The notes under the pieces are model-generated. The model saw only the letters and a program-made list of their open reading frames with translations, was not told the origin of the DNA and did no database searches. Of a DNA stretch of 64,000 nucleotides, positions 41,336-52,041 are shown one piece after another. This DNA comes from an uncultured Gemmatimonadaceae bacterium (GTDB lineage Bacteria > Gemmatimonadota > Gemmatimonadetes > Gemmatimonadales > Gemmatimonadaceae). How positions within the stretch are numbered: the stretch's first letter is position 1; each line of letters starts with the position of its first letter. The position numbers were made by a program, and so were the translations under genes. Location: assembly GCA_963751275.1 (NCBI GenBank), contig CAVVTZ010000012.1, forward strand, positions 32,001 to 96,000, read 5' to 3'.

Positions 41336-41989
41336 ATGAACGCGCCGGCCGGCCTCATCGTGGCGGTGGAAGTCGGCGCGGTGATCACATCGGCGCTCTC
41401 GGGGATGATCACGGCGTTCCAGAAGCGGCTCGACATCGTCGGCGTCGCGTCGCTCGCGCTCGTGGCGGCCTTCGGCGGCGGCACGGTGCGCGACCTGCTC
41501 ATCGACCGGCGGCCGTTCTTCTGGGACGCGCGCTGGGAGTACGTGCCGATCATCATCGGGATGACCATCGCGTTCGTCTATAGCGCGCGCTTCCACCGTG
41601 TGGCGCGCGCGCTGCACGAGCGCGCGGTGTTCATCGATGCGCTGGGACTCGCGCTCTTCTCGCTCACGGGATTGGCGTTCGCCCTCGACGCGCATCTCTC
41701 GCCCTTCGTGGCGGTGTTGATCGGCGTGCTCACCGGCACCGGCGGCGGCGTGATGCGCGACGTGCTGGTGAACGAGCTGCCGTTGATCTTCCGCCCGGGC
41801 GGGCGGCTCTACGCGCTGGCCAGCGCTGTGGGCTGCGGCGTGGCCGTCGCGGCGGGATGGGCGGGGCTCAGCGCGTTCGGCGCGGCCGTGATCGGATTCC
41901 TCACGATCGTGGGGCTCCGCATGGCCTCCGTGCGCTACGGTGTGCACGCGCCCGACCCGCTCTGGATGCGCGAGCCGGGCGATCGCTGA
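41336..41989 (+). CDS. Trimeric intracellular cation channel family (UPF0126) protein
   Basis: Duplicated motif: GGGTVRDLL and GGGVMRDVL. Confidence 0.9.
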   Translation: MNAPAGLIVAVEVGAVITSALSGMITAFQKRLDIVGVASLALVAAFGGGTVRDLLIDRRPFFWDARWEYVPIIIGMTIAFVYSARFHRVARALHERAVFIDALGLALFSLTGLAFALDAHLSPFVAVLIGVLTGTGGGVMRDVLVNELPLIFRPGGRLYALASAVGCGVAVAAGWAGLSAFGAAVIGFLTIVGLRMASVRYGVHAPDPLWMREPGDR

Positions 41990-41996
41990 CGCGGCG

Positions 41997-42911
41997 CTAG
42001 AACGCCGCCGAGAGGTAGAACATCACACCCTGGATGTTGTAATTGATGTCCAGGTTGCCTCCATCCCGCAGATCCTTGTTGATGTTCAGGTCGATGTAGT
42101 GGTAGCCCGCGCCCAGGCCATAGTTGTGCAGCGGGAACCACTCGATCGCCAGCTTGTCATCGGTGACGTGCCCGCCGTAGCTCGCTATGTCGTTGATGTA
42201 GAGATACTCCAGCTGGCCGCGGAAGAAGAATCGCGGCGCGAATTCCCAATCGCCGTAGAGGCCGAGCATCGGTGCCGGCGCGGTAATGCTGCCGCTGTGC
42301 TGCACGTTCGCGCCCTCTCCGCCGCCCAGATTCGCGCTGAGCTTCAGTCCGGCGCTGAGCACCAGGCCGTCGATGCCGAGGCCGCCGCCCAGCTCCCACC
42401 GCTCCTTCCGCACGAAGTAGTACCGGTAGGTGAACCCGTAGTACTGGATGCCGCTGTTCGCGTGGACCGACGCGCCGGCGTGGTAGGTGGTGTCGCCGAA
42501 GGTGATGCTGTCGCTGATCGTCTTGTCGGCGCTGCGCTGGAAGCCGAAGTAGCCGAGCGTGATCAGCTGCTTCTTGCCGAGGCGCATCGCCGCGACCACT
42601 TCGAAGTTCTGCGTCTGGCGCTTGAGGCCGAGCCGGTTCTCGAGACCGACGTCGTCGCCGGGCAAGGTCGGCGACGAGAGCTGCACACTGGACGACACGC
42701 TCGGCAGGAACCCGCCCAGACTGATGGTGAAGTGCGCCGGCACGAGGCCGTACCGCTTCACCGTGTCGGTCAAGAAACCGAGCGGCTTCTTGCTGGGGGT
42801 CGTGTCGGGCGCCGCCTGCGCGGCGGCCGCAGCCGTAAGGATGACTGAGGCGAGAGCGGCGGCGAGTGCGAGGAGCGGCCGGCGGGGACGGATCAGCATG
42901 GAGATTCTCAT
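41997..42911 (-). CDS. Outer membrane beta-barrel protein
   Basis: Signal peptide; alternating strands; terminal YLSAAF. Confidence 0.75.
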   Translation of the reverse strand: MRISMLIRPRRPLLALAAALASVILTAAAAAQAAPDTTPSKKPLGFLTDTVKRYGLVPAHFTISLGGFLPSVSSSVQLSSPTLPGDDVGLENRLGLKRQTQNFEVVAAMRLGKKQLITLGYFGFQRSADKTISDSITFGDTTYHAGASVHANSGIQYYGFTYRYYFVRKERWELGGGLGIDGLVLSAGLKLSANLGGGEGANVQHSGSITAPAPMLGLYGDWEFAPRFFFRGQLEYLYINDIASYGGHVTDDKLAIEWFPLHNYGLGAGYHYIDLNINKDLRDGGNLDINYNIQGVMFYLSAAF

Positions 42912-43029
42912 GGTTCGGGTGCAGTCCGGCGCCCGGCAGTCTCGACGGGGCGAGGTTCGGGGTGCAATCTACCACCTTACGGGACACTGTTACAGTTGTC
43001 AGAGTGCCACCAAACGCTAGAGGTCGACG

Positions 43030-44198
43030 ATGCGAAGCGCAGTCGGGGGAATCCTGAGGACGTCGGTGCGCGCCGTGGGTGGCGCCGCGGCGGCGCTGTC
43101 GCTCTGCGGATGCCCCAAGGTGCCCACCAATACGGCCAGCATGCAGCTAGCATCGAACGTGGATGTCACGGCGGACCAGCTGCAGCTCCAGACCTACGCG
43201 ATGGGGCACCGGGTGACCGGGGAGGTCGTGACGGCGGCCGACAGCATCGCGAACGCGACCACCGACGCGCTCGTTCGGCGCCGGGCGATCCGATGGAAGC
43301 TCAACGCGACGCCCCTCGTGCAGGAGGCGGCGCTCCGCACCGATCCGTTGGTCGCGGTCGTGGATCTCGCCGCGTTCACCCAGCAGCAGACCGCCTACTT
43401 CACCACCGGCGATGGCCGGGACGCGTTCGGCGCGCTCCAACCCGTGGCGGTGCATGCCTCCGAGTCGATGCAGCGGCAATTGCTCGGTCTGATGCAGCGC
43501 AGCACGAAGACCGGCGAGCTCACGCCACAAGCCACGGAGCGGCTCGCCGCGTGGACGGGCCAGCACCCGATCACCGGGCCGGACATGCAGCGCGAGTCGG
43601 TGCTGGGCGCGGACTGGCAGGCGCTGGGGGCGACTGACCAGAGCATCGCGGGCACGGTCGCGAACATGGACCGCGTCCTGCGCGGCCTCACCCTGCGCCT
43701 GGGCTACCTGAACGAGACGCTGTCCATGCAGCTCCGATGGAACGCGCAGCTGCTCACCGACGAGATGATGAATTCCCCGCGCGCCGACTCGATGCTGCGT
43801 CCCGGCACGAGCACGATCCGCGCGCTGGGTGATCTCGCGGTGGGCGCGCCGATCTCATCGCGCACGAGCGCGCGGCCCTGCTCGCCGGCGTGGACCGCGA
43901 GCGCATGCTGGCCCTCGCGGACGTCGACCGCCAGCGCATCGAGACGCTGCACGCGCTCACCGGCGAGCGGCTCGCGGTCACGGCGACGCTCGACAGCGAG
44001 CGCGTCGCCGTGATGGTGGCCCTCACGAAGGAACGGATCGCGGCGCTCCACGATGTGGACAGCATCGCGCAGCGGCAGATCGCGCACACCGAGGCGATGT
44101 TCACGCGGCTGCTCTGGGAAGGGGTGCTCGGTGCGCTCATCGTGGTGGCGGCGATCACGTTGGGCCGGCTCTTCGTGGCGAGGCAGCGCACGGTGTAG
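43030..44198 (+). CDS. Hypothetical helical lipoprotein with C-terminal TM; frameshift ~43850
   Basis: LCGC lipobox; repeated ER-containing helices; TM near the C-terminus. Confidence 0.65.
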
Positions 44199-44286
44199 GC
44201 ATTCCGCCCTTGCCCCGGCGGCGGGGCGCGGCGACTTTCGAACGCCGGCGCGTGCCGGCGCGAACGACGGCTCGAGAGGAGGCTCC

Positions 44287-45691
44287 ATGAAGTCAGCGGC
44301 CGCGGCCACGCCCTTCGGCGACGCCGTGAGGGTATCCGGCGAGACGATCACGATCGCCGACGAGCGCGCGCTGCAGGGCCCGGCGATGGACGCGCTCGTG
44401 CGGGACGCCGTGTTCGGCGGCACGGTGGAGCGGGAACAGGCGCGCTGGCTGATCTGGGAGCTCGCGCAGGCGGTGGGGGCGCGGCCCGCGTCGATCCACG
44501 AGCTGTACCGAGCGCGCGGGCGCGGCGAGACGAAGGGCTTCACGGTGCCCGCGATCAACGTGCGCGGCGCGGCGTACGAAACGGCGCGCGCCATCTTCCG
44601 CACCGCCGTGAAGATGAACGCGGGCGCCTTCATCCTCGAGATCGCGCGGTCGGAGATCGCGTACACGGAACAGCGTCCCGCCGAGTACGTCGCGGTGATG
44701 CTCGCCGCCGCGATGCGCGAGGGGTTCCGCGGCCCCGTGTTCATCCAGGGCGATCACTTCCAGGTCAACGCCAAGAAGTTCGCCGCGGACGCGGCCGGCG
44801 AAGTGAACTCGGTGAAGCAGCTCGCCGCCGAGGCGGTCGCGGCGGGCTTCTTCAACATCGACGTGGACACATCCACGCTGGTGAACATCGACCTCAAGAC
44901 GCTCGACGAACAGCAGCGGCTCGAACTACGAGACGGCCGCGGACATCGCCGCGTACGTGCGGAGCCTCGAGCCCGCCGGCGTCACGATCTCGCTGGGCGC
45001 CGAGATCGGCGAAGTGGGGACGCAGAACAGCACCGTCGCCGAGGAGCGCGCGTTCATGGATGGCTACCGGCGCACGATGAAGGCGCCGGGGCACGCGGCG
45101 CTGGCGCCGCTCTCGAAGATCTCGGTGCAGACCGGCACGTCGCACGGCGGCATCGTGCTGCCCGACGGGACGATCAAGGATGTGAAGCTGGATCTCAAGG
45201 CGCTGGAGGAGCTCTCGAAGGTCGCGCGCGATGAGTACGGCATGGCCGGCGCGGTGCAGCACGGCGCGAGCACGCTGCCCGACACCGCGTTCGACCACTT
45301 CCCGCGCATCGAGACGGCGGAGATCCATCTCGCCACGAACTTCCAGAACATCCTGTACGACCACCTGCCCACCGCGCTGCGCGCCCGGATCTACCGGTGG
45401 CTGGACGAGAACGCGAAGGACGAGCGCAAACCCACGGACACGGACGACCAGTTCTACTACAAGACGCGCAAGAAGGCGCTCGGTCCGTTCAAGGCGGAGC
45501 TATGGGAATTGCCGGAGGAGACCCGGGCGGAGTTGGCGAAGACGTACGACCGGACGTTCGGATTCCTCTTCGAACAATTGAAGGTGGGCGGCACGGCCGC
45601 CATCGTTGCGAAGACGGTGACGGCGCCGCGGATGCACCACAGCGTGCCCGCGGGCGCGATCGCCCCCGATGATCCTGACGCCGGCGAGTAG
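44287..45691 (+). CDS. Class II fructose-bisphosphate aldolase family protein; frameshift ~44922
   Basis: VPAIN, FIQGDH, EIGEVG, GTSHGG, VQHGAS, EIHLAT. Confidence 0.88.
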
Positions 45692-45715
45692 GCCGGCCCC
45701 GACTGGAGATGGCCC

Positions 45716-46165
45716 ATGATGCGTGACGACGATTTCGACGACGAGCCGCGGGTGGTCGTGGTGAAGCCGCGCGGGGGGATCGCGCCCTTCCTCGCGGGAC
45801 TGGCGGTGGGTGCGGGGATCGCGCTGCTGCTCGCGCCGCAGTCCGGCGTCGAGACGCGCAAGATGATCCGCCGGCGTGCGCGCCGCGTCGCCGACAAGAT
45901 GGCGGACACCGCCGGTGATGTCGCGGACAACGTACGCGACTCGGTGGACCACGCGAAGCGCCGCGTGGAGGAGGGGATCGAGAACGCGCGCGATCTCGTG
46001 GACCGCGAGAAGCGGCACGTGAAGCAGGCCATGCGCGAGGGCCGCGGCGCGGCGCGCGCGGCGCGCGAGGAGCTGGAAGCGCGGCTCGCCGAGAGCCGGG
46101 CCGGTGCGCGGCGCACCACCGCGACCGCCGGCGACGAGCTGGACGACGACGACGCGGGCGTCTGA
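45716..46165 (+). CDS. YtxH domain protein
   Basis: FLAGLAVGAGIALLLAPQSGVETR. Confidence 0.9.
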   Translation: MMRDDDFDDEPRVVVVKPRGGIAPFLAGLAVGAGIALLLAPQSGVETRKMIRRRARRVADKMADTAGDVADNVRDSVDHAKRRVEEGIENARDLVDREKRHVKQAMREGRGAARAAREELEARLAESRAGARRTTATAGDELDDDDAGV

Positions 46166-46195
46166 CGCGGCCGCGCCGCGCGCGGGAGTGACGCG

Positions 46196-47110
46196 ATGCC
46201 GCTAGCGCGCGCGCCGCTGCCCGTGCGGGCGTGGCGCACCGTGAAGGATTACGCCATCCGCGTCTGGGAGAACGCCGGCGATGACGACATCTTCTTCCTG
46301 ACGAGCGCCGTCGCCTTCAATATCCTGCTCGCGGTGGTGCCGTTCCTGCTCTTGCTCCTGGCGGGCCTCGGCTACTGGCTCAATCACTCGGTACTGCAGT
46401 CGCGCGCCGACGTCTGGGACTTCCTGCACGCGCTCCTCCCGCCGCACGTCGAGACCCCGACGTCCCCGTACCACGTGGTGATCAACGAGATCGTCCGCAC
46501 GCGCAAGTCGCTCGGCGTGATCGGATCGGTCGCGTTCATCTATCTCACGACGCGGCTCTTCGCGACGCTGCGCTCGGCGCTCGCCAGCGTGTTCGATGTG
46601 CGCGAGGGGAAGGGGATCATCCAGGGGAAGTTGTACGACACCGTGGTGACGATCATCGCGACGATCCTGCTCATGGGCTACACCGGCATGGCCACCTATA
46701 TCAAACTCGCGACGTCGCGCGGCATTTCGGCGCTCGCGGCGATCGGCGTCCGTCACGAGATGATGGGGCGCGTCGAGTACGCGGTGGCGGCGTCGCTCGG
46801 CACGCTGTCGATCGCGATCATGTTCTTCTGCCTCTACAAGTTCCTGCCGAACCGGCCGATCCGGTGGCAGCCCGCGGCCCTGAGCGCGCTCGTGACCACC
46901 GTGCTCCTGCAGGTCGCCAAGATCGTGTTCGACATCTTCATGCGGTCGTTCAATCCCGGTTCGCTCTACGCGGGCACGATGTACGCGATCGTGCTCATCG
47001 TGTTCTGGACCTACTACGCGGCGCTCATCTTCCTCATCGGCGGCGAGGTGGGGCAGGTGTACGACCTGCGCCGCGCAATGCGGCAGCAGCGCGAGACCTT
47101 CGAGGACTGA
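46196..47110 (+). CDS. YihY/virulence factor BrkB family membrane protein
   Basis: SAVAFNILLAVVPF; LYKFLPN; LYAG..WTYYAALIFLIGGE. Confidence 0.88.
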   Translation: MPLARAPLPVRAWRTVKDYAIRVWENAGDDDIFFLTSAVAFNILLAVVPFLLLLLAGLGYWLNHSVLQSRADVWDFLHALLPPHVETPTSPYHVVINEIVRTRKSLGVIGSVAFIYLTTRLFATLRSALASVFDVREGKGIIQGKLYDTVVTIIATILLMGYTGMATYIKLATSRGISALAAIGVRHEMMGRVEYAVAASLGTLSIAIMFFCLYKFLPNRPIRWQPAALSALVTTVLLQVAKIVFDIFMRSFNPGSLYAGTMYAIVLIVFWTYYAALIFLIGGEVGQVYDLRRAMRQQRETFED

Positions 47111-47113
47111 GCC

Positions 47114-48142
47114 ATGGCGATCGATCTGCGCAGCGATACCGTCACCCGGCCCACCGCGGCGATGCGGAAGGCGATGGCGGACGCCGACGTCGGCGATGAT
47201 GTGCTCGATGGCGACCCGACGACGAAGCGCCTCGAAGCGCGCGTCGCCGAGCTGCTCGGCAAGGAGGCCGCGCTGTTCTTCCCGAGCGGGACGATGGCGA
47301 ACCAGACCGCGGTCTGGCTGCTGTCGCGCCCGGGGACGGAGATCCTCCTCGATGCCGGCGCGCACATCGTGCACTACGAGTACGCGGGCGCGGCGGCGCT
47401 CTCCGGCGCGCAGCTGCGGCTCGTGACGCCGGCGGGAGCGATCATGACCGCGGACGACTTGGAGGCGGCGTTCCGCATTCCCTCGCCGCACGTGCCGCTG
47501 CCCAGTCTCGTGTGCGCCGAGAACACGCACAACGGCGCCGGCGGGATGATCACGCCATTGCCGGTGCTGCGCGCGATCGCCACGGTGGCGCGCGAGCGCG
47601 GCGTGCCGGTGCATCTCGATGGCGCGCGACTGTGGAACGCGAGCGCCGCGAGCGGCACGCCGCTCAAGGATTTCGCGGCGTGCGCCGACACGGTGATGGT
47701 CTCCTTCTCGAAGGGGCTCGGCTGTCCGGTGGGCGCCGTACTGGCGGGACCGAAAGCCGTGATGGCCGAGGGCTGGAGCGCGCGCAAGCGGTTCGGCGGC
47801 GGCATGCGGCAGAGTGGCGTGCTCACGGCGGCGGCGGTGTATGCGCTGGATCATCATCTCGACCGGCTCACCGAGGACCATGCGCGCGCGAAGGCGTACG
47901 CGGAGCGGGTGGACGGCGCCGGCGGCGCGACGGTGGTGCCGCCCGACACGAACATCGTGATGCTCGACTTGCCGGAGCACCTGGACGCGGCGCACATCGT
48001 GACCGCGGCGGCGGCGAAAGGGGTGAAAGTGGTGCCATGGTCGAAATCACGCATTCGCGCGGTGTTTCACCTCGACATCGATGACGCCGCGACCGAGGAG
48101 GCGGGGAACACGATCGCGGCGATCCTCGAGAGGGCGTCCTAG
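47114..48142 (+). CDS. ltaE: Low-specificity L-threonine aldolase
   Basis: DLRSDTVT, PSGTMANQ, ENTHN, HLDGAR, SFSKGLG, GGGMRQ. Confidence 0.92.
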   Translation: MAIDLRSDTVTRPTAAMRKAMADADVGDDVLDGDPTTKRLEARVAELLGKEAALFFPSGTMANQTAVWLLSRPGTEILLDAGAHIVHYEYAGAAALSGAQLRLVTPAGAIMTADDLEAAFRIPSPHVPLPSLVCAENTHNGAGGMITPLPVLRAIATVARERGVPVHLDGARLWNASAASGTPLKDFAACADTVMVSFSKGLGCPVGAVLAGPKAVMAEGWSARKRFGGGMRQSGVLTAAAVYALDHHLDRLTEDHARAKAYAERVDGAGGATVVPPDTNIVMLDLPEHLDAAHIVTAAAAKGVKVVPWSKSRIRAVFHLDIDDAATEEAGNTIAAILERAS

Positions 48143-48410
48143 GGGCGTGAGGTGCACCCCACACGCCGTGAGGCGCACCCCCAACACCGTGAGGCGTGAG
48201 GCGCACCCCACACGCCGTGAGGCGTGAGGCGTGCGACGGACGAGCCGGGCGGCTGCGGCATGACGCCTCACGGCTCACGGTGTTCGGGTCGCGCCTCGCG
48301 CAGTTCAGTCTGTTCGTCGCACGCCTCACGCCTCACGGCGTTCGGGGTGCGCCTCACGCATCACAGTTAGTTCGTCGCACGCCTCACGCCTCACGGCGTT
48401 CGGGTCGCCA
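48143..48410. repeat. Composite palindromic array of GTGAGGC/GCCTCAC heptamers and 21-bp units
   Basis: Left half carries gtgaggcg units; right half carries cgcctcacgcctcacggcgttcggg units. Confidence 0.9.
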
Positions 48411-48439
48411 TTGAGCCCGCCCGCGAGTAGATTGCAGTC

Positions 48440-48535
48440 GCTCCAGGTCCCGGAGGGCGCCAGTGCGTCAACCCCGCCAGGACCGAGAGGTAGCAACGGT
48501 ACACGTTGCGAACGTCGCTTCGGACGGCCTGGAGC
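48440..48535 (+). ncRNA. ffs: Small bacterial SRP RNA (4.5S)
   Basis: Terminal stem GCTCCAGG/CCTGGAGC; domain IV CAGG-ACC-GAGA-GGT-AGCA; usual position upstream of dnaX; TAGATT -10-like box at 48428. Confidence 0.88.
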
Positions 48536-48642
48536 ACTGCGCGGGGATCCGAGGGCCGCAAGTGGCGGCCGCGGTCCCGCGCGGGAACTGCACGCGAGAG
48601 AGCCTGGCGCCGCGCGCGCCGGGCTCTAGTTTTTCGAGGACC

Positions 48643-50343
48643 ATGTACCTCTCCCTCGCCCGAAAATACCGCCCGCGGCGTTTCGCCGATGTCGCAGTGC
48701 AATCGCATGTCGCGAACACGCTCAAGGGCGCGATCGCGCGCGGGCGCGTCGCGCACGGGTATCTCCTGTGCGGGCCGCGTGGAGTGGGGAAGACGACGCT
48801 CGCGCGCGTGCTCGCGATGGCGCTCAACTGCGAGCGCCGCGCCGCCGACGGCGAGCCGTGCGGCGAGTGCGAATCGTGCAAGCGGATCTGGGCCGGGTCC
48901 ACCGCGCTCGACGTCGTCGAGATCGACGCCGCGTCGAATCGCGGCGTGGATGACGCGCGCGAGTTGCGCGAGCGCGCCATGTATGCGCCCAACAGCGACA
49001 CCGGCTACAAGGTCTACATCGTGGACGAAGCGCACATGCTCACGCGCGAGGCGTGGAACACGCTCCTCAAGATCCTCGAGGAGCCGCCGCCGCGCGTCGT
49101 GTTCGTCTTCGCCACGACCGAGCCGCAGAAGATCGCCCAGGCCGCCGCCCCGGTGCTGAGCCGCCTGCAGCGCTTCGACTTCAAGCGGATCGGCCCGGCC
49201 GACGTGCGCACCCGTCTCGCGACGGTGCTCCAGGAAGAGCACGTGAAGGCCGAGCCCGAGGCGCTGGTGATGCTCTCACGCGCGGCCGACGGTTCGATGC
49301 GCGACGCGCTCTCGCTCGCCGACCAGGCGCTCTCGCTGGGCGACGGCACGCTCACCGCCGCGCGCGTGCGCGAGGCGCTGGGGCTCGTGGCCGAGGACGA
49401 GTACCTCGCGGTGCTCGACATCATTCTCGAGCGCCGCGCCGGCGACATCTTCCCCGCCGTCGCGCGCCTCGTGGACCAGGGTGTGGACCTGCCGGGATTC
49501 CTGACGGGATTCGCGGATCTGCTGCGTTCGCTCCTCACGATCCAACTCGGAGGAAAGGGCGACGACCTTTCGGAGTCGCTGAAGGCGGGCCTCGGCGCAC
49601 GGCGCGCGGCGCTCGGCAACGGCGATGTGCTGCGTATGCTCACGGCGCTCACCGAACTCGAACCGCGGTTCCGACGGTCGGGGCAGCAGCAAATCCTGCT
49701 CGAGACGATGCTTGTCCGGTTCGCGCTCCTGGATCACACGGTTGACATTGAGGAACTGCTGGGCGCCATGGGGTCGCGGAGCGGCGGAGGGGCTGCGCCG
49801 GGCCCAAGCACACCCGTCGCTCGGGACTCGGGACTCGGGACTCGCCGCGGGACGCGGGAAGCGAGTGCCGCTCCCGTCAGTTCATCGCCTCCCGCGGCGC
49901 GTCCCGAGTCCCGAGTCCCGAGCAATGAATCAAGCTCGGGCCCGACTCAGCTCATCAGTCTCGAGTCACTCGCGGGATCCTGGCAGCGAGTCGTGAGTGC
50001 CGTCAGCGCAGCAGGCAGAAGCATGCTCAGCGGCGCTCTCGCGCACTCGCGGCCCGTCGGCGTATCCGGGAACGGCGAAATCACATTGGAGTTGACCCCG
50101 GATGGCGCCATGTACGAGCAGCCGCTCTCGAGCGGTTCCTCGGATGTGCTCGCCGCCGTCGCCACGTTGTTCAGCGGCGGCTCGAAGCTCAGCGTCCGTG
50201 TCGCCACGGCGGGCACGGCCGACGCCGCGCCGAAGCGGATCACGGCCGAGAGCGTCAAGGCCGAGCGTCTCGCGACGATCCGGAAGAAGGATCCGGCCTT
50301 GGACGCCGCAGTAGATTCCCTGGATCTGGAACTGCTCGACTAG
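48643..50343 (+). CDS. dnaX: DNA polymerase III subunit gamma/tau
   Basis: LARKYRP, GPRGVGKTT, EIDAASNRGVDD, DEAHML, LEEPP. Confidence 0.96.
   Translation: MYLSLARKYRPRRFADVAVQSHVANTLKGAIARGRVAHGYLLCGPRGVGKTTLARVLAMALNCERRAADGEPCGECESCKRIWAGSTALDVVEIDAASNRGVDDARELRERAMYAPNSDTGYKVYIVDEAHMLTREAWNTLLKILEEPPPRVVFVFATTEPQKIAQAAAPVLSRLQRFDFKRIGPADVRTRLATVLQEEHVKAEPEALVMLSRAADGSMRDALSLADQALSLGDGTLTAARVREALGLVAEDEYLAVLDIILERRAGDIFPAVARLVDQGVDLPGFLTGFADLLRSLLTIQLGGKGDDLSESLKAGLGARRAALGNGDVLRMLTALTELEPRFRRSGQQQILLETMLVRFALLDHTVDIEELLGAMGSRSGGGAAPGPSTPVARDSGLGTRRGTREASAAPVSSSPPAARPESRVPSNESSSGPTQLISLESLAGSWQRVVSAVSAAGRSMLSGALAHSRPVGVSGNGEITLELTPDGAMYEQPLSSGSSDVLAAVATLFSGGSKLSVRVATAGTADAAPKRITAESVKAERLATIRKKDPALDAAVDSLDLELLD
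49819..49923. repeat. 105-bp in-frame palindrome of GGACTCG heptamers inside the dnaX linker
   Basis: 49819-49852 pairs with 49890-49923 (34 bp, 1 mismatch). Confidence 0.92.
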
Positions 50344-50367
50344 CTCGTCTCTCTTTCCGCTCCGCCC

Positions 50368-50685
50368 ATGGCTGATTTCATGAAGCTCCTCCAGCAAGCC
50401 CAGCAAATGCAGGGGAAGCTGGCCGAGATGCAGAACGAACTCGAGAAGCGCACGGTGTCCGCCGCGAGCGGCGGGGGCATGGTCACGGCCACCGCCGACG
50501 GCAAGGGGCAGATCCGCGCGATCAAGATCGATCCGTCGGTCGTGAACGCGGCGGACGTCGAGATGCTCGAGGACCTGGTGCTCGCCGCGCTCACGGAGGT
50601 GCAGAAGAAGGCGGCCGCGGCCGCCGCCGAAGAGATGCAGAAGGCCACCGGCGGCCTGTCGCTCCCCTTCAAGCTCCCGCTCTAG
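50368..50685 (+). CDS. ybaB: YbaB/EbfC nucleoid-associated protein
   Basis: QAQQMQ, SGGGMV, EMLEDLV; lies between dnaX and recR. Confidence 0.93.
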   Translation: MADFMKLLQQAQQMQGKLAEMQNELEKRTVSAASGGGMVTATADGKGQIRAIKIDPSVVNAADVEMLEDLVLAALTEVQKKAAAAAAEEMQKATGGLSLPFKLPL

Positions 50686-50692
50686 GGCGGCG

Positions 50693-51280
50693 ATGTCGGC
50701 GATCGAGGATCTCGCCGCCGAGCTCGCGAAGCTGCCCGGGATCGGGCGGAAGACCGCGCTGCGGCTCACGTACTACCTCCTGAAGCAGCCGCCGGCGCAG
50801 AGCCGCCGGCTTGCGGAGGCGCTCGGCCTGCTCGTGGAGCGCGTGCGCCGCTGCTCGGTGTGCGCGAACCTCACCGAGGCGGATCCCTGCGCGATCTGCA
50901 CCGACCCGCGCCGCGACCGCGCGATCCTCTGCGTGGTGGAGGAGAGCGCGGACATTGGCGCCATCGAGCGGGCGGGGGAATTCCGCGGCGTCTACCACGT
51001 GCTGGGCGGACGGCTGAGCCCGCTGGACGGCGTGGGCCCCGAGGACCTGACCGTCACGCAGCTGGTGGAGCGGGTCTCGCGCGGCGCCGTGAAAGAGGTC
51101 ATCGTTGCGACGAACCCGAGCCTCGAAGGAGAGGCCACCGCGTTGTACCTTCAGCGCCAACTGGCGGGGCAAGTTCCGGTGGTGTCGCGCATCGCGCGAG
51201 GGTTACCCGTGGGAGGCGACCTGGAATACGCTGATGGGGTCACGATCGCGCAGGCTCTCAGTGCGCGGAGAGCGATGTGA
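50693..51280 (+). CDS. recR: Recombination mediator RecR
   Basis: LPGIGRKTALR, C4 zinc finger, ATNPSLEGEAT, GGDLEYAD. Confidence 0.96.
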   Translation: MSAIEDLAAELAKLPGIGRKTALRLTYYLLKQPPAQSRRLAEALGLLVERVRRCSVCANLTEADPCAICTDPRRDRAILCVVEESADIGAIERAGEFRGVYHVLGGRLSPLDGVGPEDLTVTQLVERVSRGAVKEVIVATNPSLEGEATALYLQRQLAGQVPVVSRIARGLPVGGDLEYADGVTIAQALSARRAM

Positions 51281-51301
51281 GGCACCGCACGGGATAGTAG
51301 C

Positions 51302-51471
51302 GACCCGAACGCCGTACTTGGTCACCCGAACTCCGCCATTGGCCACTGAGGAGTGGTACGAGCGACGGCGTTGCTGGGATGGTGTCACCGCAACGCCAAG
51401 TACGCCCAAGTCGTGACTACACCTCATTGGCCAATGGCGGAGTTCGGGGGACCAAGTACGGAGTTCGGGTC
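51302..51471. repeat. Palindrome with 50-bp arms, sibling of 60772-60931
   Basis: 51302-51351 pairs with 51422-51471 (3 mismatches). Confidence 0.92.
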
Positions 51472-51541
51472 CTGAGTGGCTTCAGCGTGTAGATAATCGT
51501 CCTGTGTAGGCGGTATTCCCCCCTCGAGGAACCCGGATTAG

Positions 51542-52027
51542 ATGCCCGTCGGTGCTGCCAGTTGGTCCTTCACCGAAGACGATTACGGCGCGATCCTGCG
51601 CTCCCTCCAGCAGTTCCTCTACGACAGCAACGCGCGCAGCGCGCTGCTCGTGGATCGCTCGGGGCAGCTCGTCGCGACCGTCGGGGAGCAGCCGCATTTC
51701 GACCCGACGGCCTTCGCCACGCTCACGGCCGCCGATTTCAGCGCCAACGACCAGCTCGCCCGCCTCATCGGCGAGACCGAGTTCAGCTCCCTCTTCCACC
51801 AGGGCGAGCAGGAGTCGATGTACCTCGTCGACATCGCCCGCCGCGTGATCCTCGTGATCCTGTTCGACAATCGCACCACGCTCGGCCTCGTCCGCCTGAA
51901 GGTGAAGACCACGGTGGAGGAGCTCGCGCGGCTGTTCACGGTCATGTTCGAGCGCGGGCGCGACGGGGCGAGTTCGCCCAACATCCTGGCGGGCGCCGAG
52001 GATGAGATCGACCGGCTGTTCCAATAG
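51542..52027 (+). CDS. mglB: Roadblock/LC7 protein MglB
   Basis: [35 protein letters not shown]; upstream of mglA. Confidence 0.9.
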   Translation: MPVGAASWSFTEDDYGAILRSLQQFLYDSNARSALLVDRSGQLVATVGEQPHFDPTAFATLTAADFSANDQLARLIGETEFSSLFHQGEQESMYLVDIARRVILVILFDNRTTLGLVRLKVKTTVEELARLFTVMFERGRDGASSPNILAGAEDEIDRLFQ

Positions 52028-52041
52028 GAGACGGAACAGCC

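Noticed and set aside
49780..49930. E. coli-style -1 programmed frameshift in dnaX
   Set aside because: A hairpin is present, but no A AAA AAG or long homopolymer slippery site is visible upstream.
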